Origin: an uncultured Planctomycetota bacterium
GTDB lineage: Bacteria > Planctomycetota > Planctomycetia > Pirellulales > Thermoguttaceae
Direction: 5' to 3'
Length of the DNA stretch: 64,000 bases
Assembly: GCA_900318195.1 (NCBI GenBank)
Contig: ONJR01000162.1
Span: 35,051-99,050, forward strand
Under the pieces are notes generated by a model. The model was not told where the DNA came from. It saw nothing but the letters and a program-made list of their open reading frames with translations, and searched no databases. A program made the translations under genes and the position numbers. The first letter of the stretch is position 1, and every line of letters begins with the position of its first letter. This document shows positions 30,923-38,834 of the stretch, piece after piece.

Positions 30923-31510
30923 TTATCTATCGAGTCGTATCTGGTTCGTGGCGACGAAAACATTGTTGTGCTGAATTCGCACCGTAAAGCCAACCTGCTC
31001 GCCCAACGCTTCAAGGTCGAGCTGAATGTTCTTGAGGTCGAGCTTCGGATCAACCTCAACTTGCGTTATCAGGACGAATTCACCTTCGCCCGTTATATAG
31101 GCGTACAAGTCGATTATATTGATTTCTTTGCCGCCAAGATACCGAGTAAATTGGGAAACGATACCTTCGCAATCCTTACCGAACGCAGTAATAACGAACG
31201 TATTGGCCGCAGAACTAATCTTAGCGCGATCCGCTTCAGAAGTAGGAAAAAGAATTGCCTGACAACCTTCCAAACCACGCTCGGTAAGAATCGTCGCTTT
31301 AAGGGTTTCGACGTCGTGTTCCTCGGGCGTTGAAAACGTCATAATAAGCGTAAAATATCCGTCGAGCACCGTTTGGCTACACGATTCAATATTACCCTGC
31401 AACTTCACGATCGCGGAACTAACGCCCGCAACAATTCCGGGTCTATCGACGGCCATAACGTCGATGACATAACCATACCGCATAAAATCTAACCTTTCTC
31501 CAACGGTCAA
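30923..31510 (-). CDS. Tandem ACT-domain protein (GcvR-like)
   Basis: Two ACT-like repeats are present (VMAVDRPGIVAGVSSAIVKLQGNI and VITAFGKDCEGIVSQFTRYLGGKEINI). An alternative start exists at 31483. Confidence 0.65.
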   Translation of the reverse strand: MTVGERLDFMRYGYVIDVMAVDRPGIVAGVSSAIVKLQGNIESCSQTVLDGYFTLIMTFSTPEEHDVETLKATILTERGLEGCQAILFPTSEADRAKISSAANTFVITAFGKDCEGIVSQFTRYLGGKEINIIDLYAYITGEGEFVLITQVEVDPKLDLKNIQLDLEALGEQVGFTVRIQHNNVFVATNQIRLDR

Positions 31511-31640
31511 CCGCGCTCAGTACGTCGCGACTTCTTCTCCAACCACGCGGCGCCGAATTTCGTCTATTATACCCCAAAAGTTTGCTTTGTTCAGTAAGAG
31601 CGCTCTTCAAAACGAAAAAATCTATGTTTTATGCGGCGCT

Positions 31641-33677
31641 TCACTGCTCGCGAACGCTAAATTCAAGTTTCCAACGTCGGTCGCCGTCCACCTCGTCGCA
31701 CCATATTTCAAGCGCGCCAAGCTCGGTCATCTTGGTGTGAAAACGAACCATGACGTATTCGAGTCGGCTACTCACGTCCGCGTTTTCATCCTCGTCATAT
31801 GAATCCAAGGTAATTTCTATCGGATCGGTTTCTTCTAGCGACAGATTTTCCAACTGGTTCGCATTCCTGTCGGGATAGTATGTCAAGAGCGCGCCTGGTT
31901 CGTCGTCGGGACGCGTTGACGAAGTGAAAAATCGGAATGACGCTGGTTCGCCAACCACCAGTTCAAAGGATTCGGAGGGAACGTCAATCTCTGCGCCTTC
32001 TTCCATACCGGTCGGCGCGACACAAAGAGCCTTCATTGGTCGTGCTACGCCTGGGATAGCCATTCCCGAAGACTCTATACCAATGTAGTACGAGCGCGCA
32101 GAAGTCGCACGAATCCGCACGCCTCCATTCAATTTCGCGGCGCCATAAAACGCGGCGCCAAGAGCAACGGAGCTCTCCATATCGGCGTTAGGGTCAAGAT
32201 TTTTGGGATGTTCCTCAGGAAACCAGCGTTCAAGTTGCTCCGTCATACGTTCTGAAACAACCTTCGACTTGAAGAGCCCGCCGTTGAAAAGAAACACCGT
32301 TGGCGCCACAGCGCCTTCCAAGCGACGAGCGTGAACGCGCAGAAAATTCGCGACGTGCTTCGTTATCGCAGGATCAGCCTCGTAAGGAAGTCCCTTTTCA
32401 CGCAGACCTATCCCCGAGCGTCGAAGAGGCTGATCTGTTAATTCGCAAAGGGGAAAGAAACCGTCTAATGCAATCGCGCGTGCGTCTCGATTGGGAAAAT
32501 CCACCGAAACCGAATCGCCGACGAGCCGACTTGAACGACCAGCAACTGTGATCGTACATATCGAATCAATCTCGGCGCCGTCAGCGAGCAACGCCTCCTT
32601 CGCATATCGACACTGACGGCGCAACACGCCTGATTGCCAAGGATTCAAAGCGACTCCTTTTTCTGAAAAGAGTTCGGAGGCTCGCATGGCTAGCGCAAGG
32701 TCGATATTGTCGCCGCCCAATAGTAGACGGTCGCCAACAGCCAGACGCTCCAAAAGTAAGTCGCCGTTTTCTTCGCCTACCTTAATGAGAGATAAGTCGG
32801 TTGTTCCGCCGCCGACGTCGCAGACAAGAATGACGTCGCCAACCTTAAGTTTCGAGCGCCACGAGTCTCCCTGGCGCGCCAGCCAAGCGTACAGCGCCGC
32901 CTGCGGTTCTTCAAGGAAAATCATCGTTTCAGGATTAATTCCAGCGGCAATGGCGGCTTCACGGGTTAATTCGCGGGCGCTCTCGTCGAAAGACGCCGGC
33001 ACAGTAACAACAACGAGTTGGTCGGCAACCGGCGAATCTGGAAAGTCGGCGTTCCAAGTCTCAACGACCCTGGCAAGATAACGCTTCGACGCCTCTACCG
33101 GTGAAACCTTCGGCATTTCATCGTCCGCCTCGCTAGGCAATATCGGACTTCGACGATCAACCTTCGTATATGCTAGCCATGATTTCGCTGAAAGAACAAC
33201 TTTTTCGGGATGTTCAGAAGCGCGTCTGCTAGCTATTTCACCGACCAAATATAGCGCGTCGGGGTGCGAAGTTCCACTGGCGTCGTCTGCATTACCTACG
33301 CCAAATAGCTTCTTCAAGAAACCGCGCTTGTTCTTCCCGCTACCTTTCGCTTTTTTACCTTTATCAGGACTGTCAACCGACTCGTTTGTAGCGTTTTGGT
33401 CCGTCTGACCAGGTAATTGCCAGTCGCAATTCTCTCTTTCTTCCGGCGTGCCAAGATAGAGAGCAGACGGTAAAGCGGATCGCCGCTCAATAACAGCCTG
33501 ATCGACGAATTGAGGAATCTCTAAGAGGGTTGGAACGCTGAGCGCGGCATTTCCCTCAAGCGCGCAGTACGCCGCTTCCGTATTGGTAGTTCCCAAATCT
33601 ATTCCAATTGCATATCGCATAGTTGGTCGGTCTTTGTTTTCGTTACTCATACTTCCTCGCATCGTCCAATTATCCAA
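31641..33677 (-). CDS. Atypical Hsp70-family protein
   Basis: IGIDLGTTNTEAAY and VCDVGGGTTDLSLIKV ATPase motifs. A Lys-rich insert is present (DKGKKAKGSGKNKRGFLKKLFG). The C-terminal domain is not DnaK-like. The start is uncertain, with Met codons at 33677, 33650 and 33617. Confidence 0.7.
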   Translation of the reverse strand: MDNWTMRGSMSNENKDRPTMRYAIGIDLGTTNTEAAYCALEGNAALSVPTLLEIPQFVDQAVIERRSALPSALYLGTPEERENCDWQLPGQTDQNATNESVDSPDKGKKAKGSGKNKRGFLKKLFGVGNADDASGTSHPDALYLVGEIASRRASEHPEKVVLSAKSWLAYTKVDRRSPILPSEADDEMPKVSPVEASKRYLARVVETWNADFPDSPVADQLVVVTVPASFDESARELTREAAIAAGINPETMIFLEEPQAALYAWLARQGDSWRSKLKVGDVILVCDVGGGTTDLSLIKVGEENGDLLLERLAVGDRLLLGGDNIDLALAMRASELFSEKGVALNPWQSGVLRRQCRYAKEALLADGAEIDSICTITVAGRSSRLVGDSVSVDFPNRDARAIALDGFFPLCELTDQPLRRSGIGLREKGLPYEADPAITKHVANFLRVHARRLEGAVAPTVFLFNGGLFKSKVVSERMTEQLERWFPEEHPKNLDPNADMESSVALGAAFYGAAKLNGGVRIRATSARSYYIGIESSGMAIPGVARPMKALCVAPTGMEEGAEIDVPSESFELVVGEPASFRFFTSSTRPDDEPGALLTYYPDRNANQLENLSLEETDPIEITLDSYDEDENADVSSRLEYVMVRFHTKMTELGALEIWCDEVDGDRRWKLEFSVREQ

Positions 33678-33736
33678 TAGAGCAGATCGTAACGGGCGCG
33701 CGTGAATCGCGTCGGCATATACGCGCGCTTCTTGCT

Positions 33737-34372
33737 TTACAGTATCTTTCTGAGCTCGGCAAAGGACGTTACCATGCAGTCGGCGTCGAGATACTCTTCC
33801 GCTTTGTGCCCTTCGCTAAAAAAACCGATCGTTCGCATACCAGCCCGGCGACCAGCTAAAACACCGCTTCGTGAATCGTCAATCACGACGCATTCCTTCG
33901 GCGAAACGCCCAGCTTATCAGCCGCTTTCAGGAAAATATCAGGCGCAGGTTTGCCTTCGACAACTTCGTTGCCCGCGACAATGTTTTCCCCGAAATATGA
34001 GCGTATCTCAAGCCAGTCGAGCGCAAAGTCAACGTTTACGCGCGGCGCCGATGAACCAACCGCCATCAGACGCCCCTGCGACGACATATCGCGAACAAAC
34101 TCAACTGCACCGTCAATCGGTTCCACTTTACTCGTAATCATTTCGCGGAACGCAGTCTCCTTACGATCGACTATTTCCTCGATTTCACGTTCGGAGAGTC
34201 CGCTCCTCTGCCAATAGTTGGCGACGATATGTTCCGAAGTCATTCCAAAGGTGCGCCAAAAGACCTCGGGTAAGAATTCCAGACCGTCTTCGCGCGCTAC
34301 TTGTTGCCAGCTTGCCAAATGTGCGGCGTTACTATTAATCAAAACGCCGTCCATATCGAATATGATAGCCAT
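33737..34372 (-). CDS. HAD-superfamily hydrolase (beta-phosphoglucomutase-like)
   Basis: MAIIFDMDGVLINS (the DxDG motif), AVGSSAPR, and VVIDDSRSGVLAGRRAGM. Confidence 0.8.
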   Translation of the reverse strand: MAIIFDMDGVLINSNAAHLASWQQVAREDGLEFLPEVFWRTFGMTSEHIVANYWQRSGLSEREIEEIVDRKETAFREMITSKVEPIDGAVEFVRDMSSQGRLMAVGSSAPRVNVDFALDWLEIRSYFGENIVAGNEVVEGKPAPDIFLKAADKLGVSPKECVVIDDSRSGVLAGRRAGMRTIGFFSEGHKAEEYLDADCMVTSFAELRKIL

Positions 34373-34532
34373 CTCTCAAATTTCCCAATCAATCGAGTCG
34401 ACGTAGAACGCGTGAACAACACTCTTCTCAACGCGCTAACGTCGTCATTTTACACAATTCAGGATTTTCGCCAAGGGATAACAGAATTCGACTCGACTTC
34501 ATTATCTTTGATACCAAAAGAGCGATTCCGAC

Positions 34533-34560
34533 TTGTAAGAGTTGCGCCTTTTAGTAGAAT
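34533..34560 (+). promoter_or_regulatory. Sigma70-like promoter TTGTAA-16-TAGAAT
   Basis: TTGTAA at 34533-34538 and TAGAAT at 34555-34560, about 130 nt upstream of aroH. Confidence 0.45.
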
Positions 34561-34690
34561 ATCGCCGTGCGGGAGGCGAATCTAAATGGTATGTCTCGCG
34601 CGACTCCACAGCTCGTTGTCGAATTGTTAGCGTTAGAGACCTACGAATCGCACCAGTCCGACAGAACCAAACTAAATTGAAAGGAATGAC

Positions 34691-35164
34691 ATGAACACGA
34701 CAGAAACGTCAACTAGCTTCCCTGTCTGCCGCGGAGTCCGAGGAGCTACGACAATAGAAGCCAACACCCCCGAGGCTATTTTACGCGGCACGCGCGAACT
34801 ACTGGCGCTAATGATTCGGTTCAACGGAATTAAACCGGAGGACGTCGCAAGCGCCATCTTTACGACAACCAGCGATCTCAACGCAGAATTCCCCGCTGTT
34901 GCCGCGCGTCAGCTCAATTGGTTTGACGTCGCGCTTATGTGCCAGCACGAGCTCGACGTCCCGGGGTCCTTGCGCAAATGCATCCGGATTCTATTGCATT
35001 GGAACACCACAAAGACCTCAGCTGAAATTAGACACGTCTATATTAAGGGAGCGGCTAAGCTACGTCCCGAACGAGGAGACCTTCCGCCCGTAGATTGGGA
35101 GGAACTTGAACGATGGATAGATAGTCAAATCAACCCCGACGTAGTATCAAATCGAGCCCAGTAA
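34691..35164 (+). CDS. aroH: AroH-class chorismate mutase
   Basis: [37 protein letters not shown], and [13 protein letters not shown] are collinear with Bacillus subtilis AroH. Confidence 0.88.
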   Translation: MNTTETSTSFPVCRGVRGATTIEANTPEAILRGTRELLALMIRFNGIKPEDVASAIFTTTSDLNAEFPAVAARQLNWFDVALMCQHELDVPGSLRKCIRILLHWNTTKTSAEIRHVYIKGAAKLRPERGDLPPVDWEELERWIDSQINPDVVSNRAQ

Positions 35165-35331
35165 TTTGAACGTCAAATCACAATTCCCCATTACGGGGTT
35201 CATCGAACGCTACGAAGCCGATAAAATAGGTAAAGAAGAGAAAACACACAACAAAGAAACGACATAACTAATTGTATTTAGTTATCATTCTAAACAGTTT
35301 GCCTAGATAAAAAAATTGGCTAGAAACGGTA

Positions 35332-35359
35332 TTGATTTTGTCCTAGCGTTTGATAGAAT
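35332..35359 (+). promoter_or_regulatory. Sigma70-like promoter TTGATT-16-TAGAAT with no adjacent CDS
   Basis: TTGATT at 35332-35337 and TAGAAT at 35354-35359. The next credible ATG is 500 nt downstream at 35861. Confidence 0.45.
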
Positions 35360-35860
35360 GTGAACAGTACTTGCATTCCATACGCTTCTGTTGACTAAAC
35401 TGAAGCGTTCCTTTTTGCCTCAACGAGCGGGACGTTTGCAACTTCGACGAATCTTAGCGCGGTTTGTCGCCACGTTGTAACCCCTGAACGTTTCGTCCGT
35501 GAGGAATAGACGTCGGCGCGCTATATGCGTCGCTGTCCTGAAGTCTTTCGTTTGTTTACCCCCCAGGCAAACGGAACTGATGCGTATTAGCGTTTCGGGT
35601 TCGACTACCGCTACGTCAGCGGTAGCGGTTGGCGCCGCATCGAACTCGAGCGCATGGCGTAACCCCGCCGTTCGAACGTCCTGTTCGTACGGATCGCCTT
35701 TTGCGTAATTTGATCAACCCAAAGGTTCATTTGCGTACATAAGACGTGATCTCGTTCTGAGAGTTCCCGTAAAATACGTAGAATCGTCAAAAAGTGCAAA
35801 ATTATCGCGTCTTTACTTCGTGGATGGCTAAATTCCGACGTTTTGCGGAGTGAACCGAGT

Positions 35861-36742
35861 ATGAGTAACTTTGTCAGGAAGCCAAGGATTGGTATTAACG
35901 CTGAAAACAAGCCCGCCTACAATGGCGTTTCTGAATTTCACTTTCTTGAATCAGGATACGTAGACGCGCTTGTCCGCGCAGGCGCTGTTCCGCGCGTCCT
36001 ACCCCCGGTCGACCAACTCGATCTCGTGCCCGAGATGCTCGACGACCTTGACGGTTTCCTTCTTATCGGAGGTCCCGATCTAGACCCGCGCAAGGACGGA
36101 TATCGACTCCATCCTTCAGTTCGTTTAATGTCCCCCCGTCGCGAGAACTTTGATCGCGCTCTTATGGAAGAAATTGAGGAACGTCGTATGCCGGTCTTTG
36201 GCATTGGCGTTGGTATGCAACTTCTAAATGTCTCGCAGGGCGGCACTCTGTTCCTGCACCTCCCCGAAGATCTCCCGAACGCGCTCCCACACCGCGAAGT
36301 ATACGGCGACTCTTCTAAGTCGGCGATGAGGCATTCCGTCATCATTGAAAAGGGTTCGTTGCTCGATTCCGTATACGGTGAGAACGACGTTCGAGTCAAT
36401 AGTCGCCATCACATGGCAGTCGACGACCTAGCGCCCGGTTTCTTGGTCTCGGCGCGTTGCCCTGCCGACGGCGTTATCGAAGCGATTGAGTCAACGCAAC
36501 CAGATTGGTTTGCTTTTGGCGTTCAGTTCCATCCTGAAGCGAGATCGGCAACTTTCCTCGACCAACGCATCTTTGACGCGTTCGTTGAAGGCGTTAAAGA
36601 ATTCATGGCGACCGGAGTGAATAAATTTGCTGTTCGTCCCCAGGTTAATGGTAAATCCCGCAAACGTCGAACGCGCGCTAATGTCGATCAACTTAGCTTC
36701 GATGCGATCAAGGATATGCTAAGCGACGCGACGAAGAACTAG
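35861..36742 (+). CDS. Peptidase C26 / class-I glutamine amidotransferase-like protein lacking the nucleophile Cys
   Basis: VFGIGVGMQLLNVSQGGTL, VNSRHHMAV, and GVQFHPE are collinear with the gamma-glutamyl hydrolase family. The GICRGMQ Cys position reads Gly (codon 36206-36208). I chose ATG at 35861. Confidence 0.75.
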   Translation: MSNFVRKPRIGINAENKPAYNGVSEFHFLESGYVDALVRAGAVPRVLPPVDQLDLVPEMLDDLDGFLLIGGPDLDPRKDGYRLHPSVRLMSPRRENFDRALMEEIEERRMPVFGIGVGMQLLNVSQGGTLFLHLPEDLPNALPHREVYGDSSKSAMRHSVIIEKGSLLDSVYGENDVRVNSRHHMAVDDLAPGFLVSARCPADGVIEAIESTQPDWFAFGVQFHPEARSATFLDQRIFDAFVEGVKEFMATGVNKFAVRPQVNGKSRKRRTRANVDQLSFDAIKDMLSDATKN

Positions 36743-36792
36743 ATTCTCCGTTATTTTGACGTGTGATGGATTTGACGCCCTCACACAGTTAA

Positions 36793-36848
36793 CCGACGCG
36801 CTAAGACGATTCGCGTATCAGGCGCGGACGTCAGCGCGTCGGTTTGTT
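36793..36848 (+). terminator. Terminator-like hairpin after the C26-like gene
   Basis: CCGACGCGCT (36793-36802) pairs with AGCGCGTCGG (36833-36842) as a 10-bp perfect stem. TTTGTT follows. Confidence 0.5.
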
Positions 36849-36891
36849 ACGTTCTAAGCGACGCACAATCTTTCCGCATACAGGAGGTCAT

Positions 36892-38250
36892 ATGCGTTTC
36901 TTTAAGAGATCGAGGGACAAGGACGCGCCAATTTCAAAACATTTTTGGTTTGTCGGTCTTCACCTATCGTCTTCAGCGCGTAAGTTGGAATGCGCGCTAC
37001 TCGGAGTCGACACGCTACGCTCGAATTCAAGTATCGTCCTGCAAAAGAGCGTCTCCTTTGATATCCCCGAGGAAATCGCCGCAACCTATCACGCCATTCG
37101 CCGCGAAATAGAGCTCGAACATGACAAGATCAATCAGGCGTCTTCACCGGAATCGCAATTAGGCGCGACTAACGTAAGAGTTCGCGCTCCAAAACAAACA
37201 ACCTCGTCTTCATCCCTTACTAGAACGCTATTGCTACGCAATATGATCGCGTCAATCCAAGAGGAAGCTCTTAATGAATTACTAGCGGACGGCGAAGTCC
37301 CACGCAATCAGGTTGTTGCTGTCGTAGTAAACGATCCTGGTCTCTGGATGAAATCGTTTGATTCAGAACGCCAATATTCTTATCTTCCGCTAACGGACGC
37401 AGGTCTCTTGGCCGAGCGCACAGGTCTTAACGTGCTCGACGCATTGTACGCAAAAGAATGGACGCCAACCGGACGCGGCAATCCTTTCTTGCTCCTACCC
37501 TATTGGATTCTTCTCGGTAGCGGCACCTCCGATAAAGTAGTCGTTGATCTCGGCGAACGCGCGCGATGGCACTTCCTACCTTCTAGCGATAAAGACCAAG
37601 ATTCCTGGCGTCGCGCCTTTACCTGTGAGGCTTCTCCTTGCGGCGCTCTTTTGAATCTTTTTGCGCGCGAGTCCAGTAAAGGTAAGGTATGCGTCGACGT
37701 TGGCGGCAAGTTGTCCGTGCAAGGTCGCAAATCGCAGGACTTGCTTACCTATTGGCAGAAGTTCGCATCAGACATTGCTTCGTCTAAATCAACACATTAT
37801 TCGCCATTGTTACCTGTTCCCTCGGAAGACGATTTTGTCGAGGCGTTAGATCGCTTTGATAGTAAAGTTTCGTCTCTCGACGCTCTTTGTACAGCTGTGC
37901 ACTGGATTGCCGACTCGCTTGCAACTTCCCTGCATGAAAACGCAGACCGAATTGGGAATTCTTTTGATTTTATCATAACAGGCGCAACCAAACAAAACGG
38001 GTTGCTTTTCAGTCGAGTCTCTCAATTACTGCCTCCATCCACGCCACAATCGCTCAACGATTTCGGATTTCCTGAAGATTCCTTCGACGCGATTGCCGTA
38101 GCCGTTCTGGGAATACTCTTTGCGTCTAAAATTCCCGCAGCGTCGCCGACGCTAACGTCAACGCCGCGCGAACGTGTGTTAGGACGCGTTACGCCAGGAT
38201 CTCCCGAAGCGTGGAATCGTATAATTGAAGCGTTAAACTCTTCTCGTTAA
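36892..38250 (+). CDS. Anhydro-N-acetylmuramic acid kinase (AnmK)-like protein with degenerate ATP-binding motifs
   Basis: The protein is collinear with AnmK. Matching blocks are VVAVVVNDPGLW, LAERTGLNVLDAL, VVVDLGERARWHFL, FIITGATKQNGLLFSRVSQLLP, and RERVLGRVTP. AGGAGG RBS precedes the ATG at 36892. Confidence 0.5.
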   Translation: MRFFKRSRDKDAPISKHFWFVGLHLSSSARKLECALLGVDTLRSNSSIVLQKSVSFDIPEEIAATYHAIRREIELEHDKINQASSPESQLGATNVRVRAPKQTTSSSSLTRTLLLRNMIASIQEEALNELLADGEVPRNQVVAVVVNDPGLWMKSFDSERQYSYLPLTDAGLLAERTGLNVLDALYAKEWTPTGRGNPFLLLPYWILLGSGTSDKVVVDLGERARWHFLPSSDKDQDSWRRAFTCEASPCGALLNLFARESSKGKVCVDVGGKLSVQGRKSQDLLTYWQKFASDIASSKSTHYSPLLPVPSEDDFVEALDRFDSKVSSLDALCTAVHWIADSLATSLHENADRIGNSFDFIITGATKQNGLLFSRVSQLLPPSTPQSLNDFGFPEDSFDAIAVAVLGILFASKIPAASPTLTSTPRERVLGRVTPGSPEAWNRIIEALNSSR

Positions 38251-38301
38251 TCGATTCGCTAATGGAGTCTGTTGACTTTGCGTAATAATATTCGCCACCC
38301 C

Positions 38302-38330
38302 TTGATTTTCACCGTTCGACGGCTTATATT
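38302..38330 (+). promoter_or_regulatory. Sigma70-like promoter TTGATT-17-TATATT
   Basis: TTGATT at 38302-38307 and TATATT at 38325-38330, upstream of the HIT gene. Confidence 0.4.
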
Positions 38331-38396
38331 ATTTCGCATGAGGCGCCGAAGTCAGGCGCTCACGACTGAACCTTAGAAAAGTTAGGAACTAGCCGT

Positions 38397-38747
38397 ATGT
38401 CGGACAAAACCATCTTTAAGAAAATAATTGATAAAGAAATTCCGGCTCAGGTCGTTTACGAGGACGAACTCTGCCTGGCATTTCGAGACGTTGCGCCGCA
38501 AGCGCCGACGCACGTGCTTGTCATTCCTAAAACGACAGAATTGAAATCGCTCGACGACGTGACTCCCCAAACAGAGGCTCTTATTGGACACATTTTCGGC
38601 GTAATCCAACGATTGGCGCGCGAACTGGGTCTAGCTGAGGATGGATACCGCGTTGTAAGCAATTGTGGCGAGAACGCGTGTCAGACGGTACCGCATCTTC
38701 ATTTCCATTTGCTGGGAGGACGTGGTTTCGCATGGCCGCCGGGCTAG
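38397..38747 (+). CDS. HIT-family (Hint-like) nucleotide hydrolase
   Basis: IFKKIIDKEIPA N-terminus and the HLHFHLLGG histidine triad. Length is 116 aa. Confidence 0.9.
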   Translation: MSDKTIFKKIIDKEIPAQVVYEDELCLAFRDVAPQAPTHVLVIPKTTELKSLDDVTPQTEALIGHIFGVIQRLARELGLAEDGYRVVSNCGENACQTVPHLHFHLLGGRGFAWPPG

Positions 38748-38834
38748 TCAAGTAGCGCGACTCGTCTGTCCACTTTTGCCCGCGCAAACCTACTAGGCGC
38801 GAGCCTTCTGATTCGAAAATAACAGGAAAATACC

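Noticed and set aside
35165-35860. tmRNA, RNase P RNA, tRNA, TPP or cobalamin riboswitch in the large intergenic gap
   Set aside because: By eye I found no GGGGCUGA...UCCACCA acceptor pair and no valid T-arm around the TTCGACT segment. There is no GAGGAAAGUCC P4 sequence. There is no CUGAGA plus ACCUGAUCUGGAUAAUGCCAGCG pair and no B12 box. The region is kept as an unclassified candidate instead.
35499-35910. ORFs 35499..35708 (+, 69 aa) and 35611..35910 (-, 99 aa)
   Set aside because: The first has a GTG start without an RBS and an Arg-rich, low-complexity translation. The second overlaps the start of the C26-like gene. Neither shows a family motif.
36844-36891. Upstream start at 36844 for the AnmK-like gene
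   Set aside because: It would begin inside the terminator-like hairpin at 36793-36848. ATG at 36892 has a perfect AGGAGG RBS.
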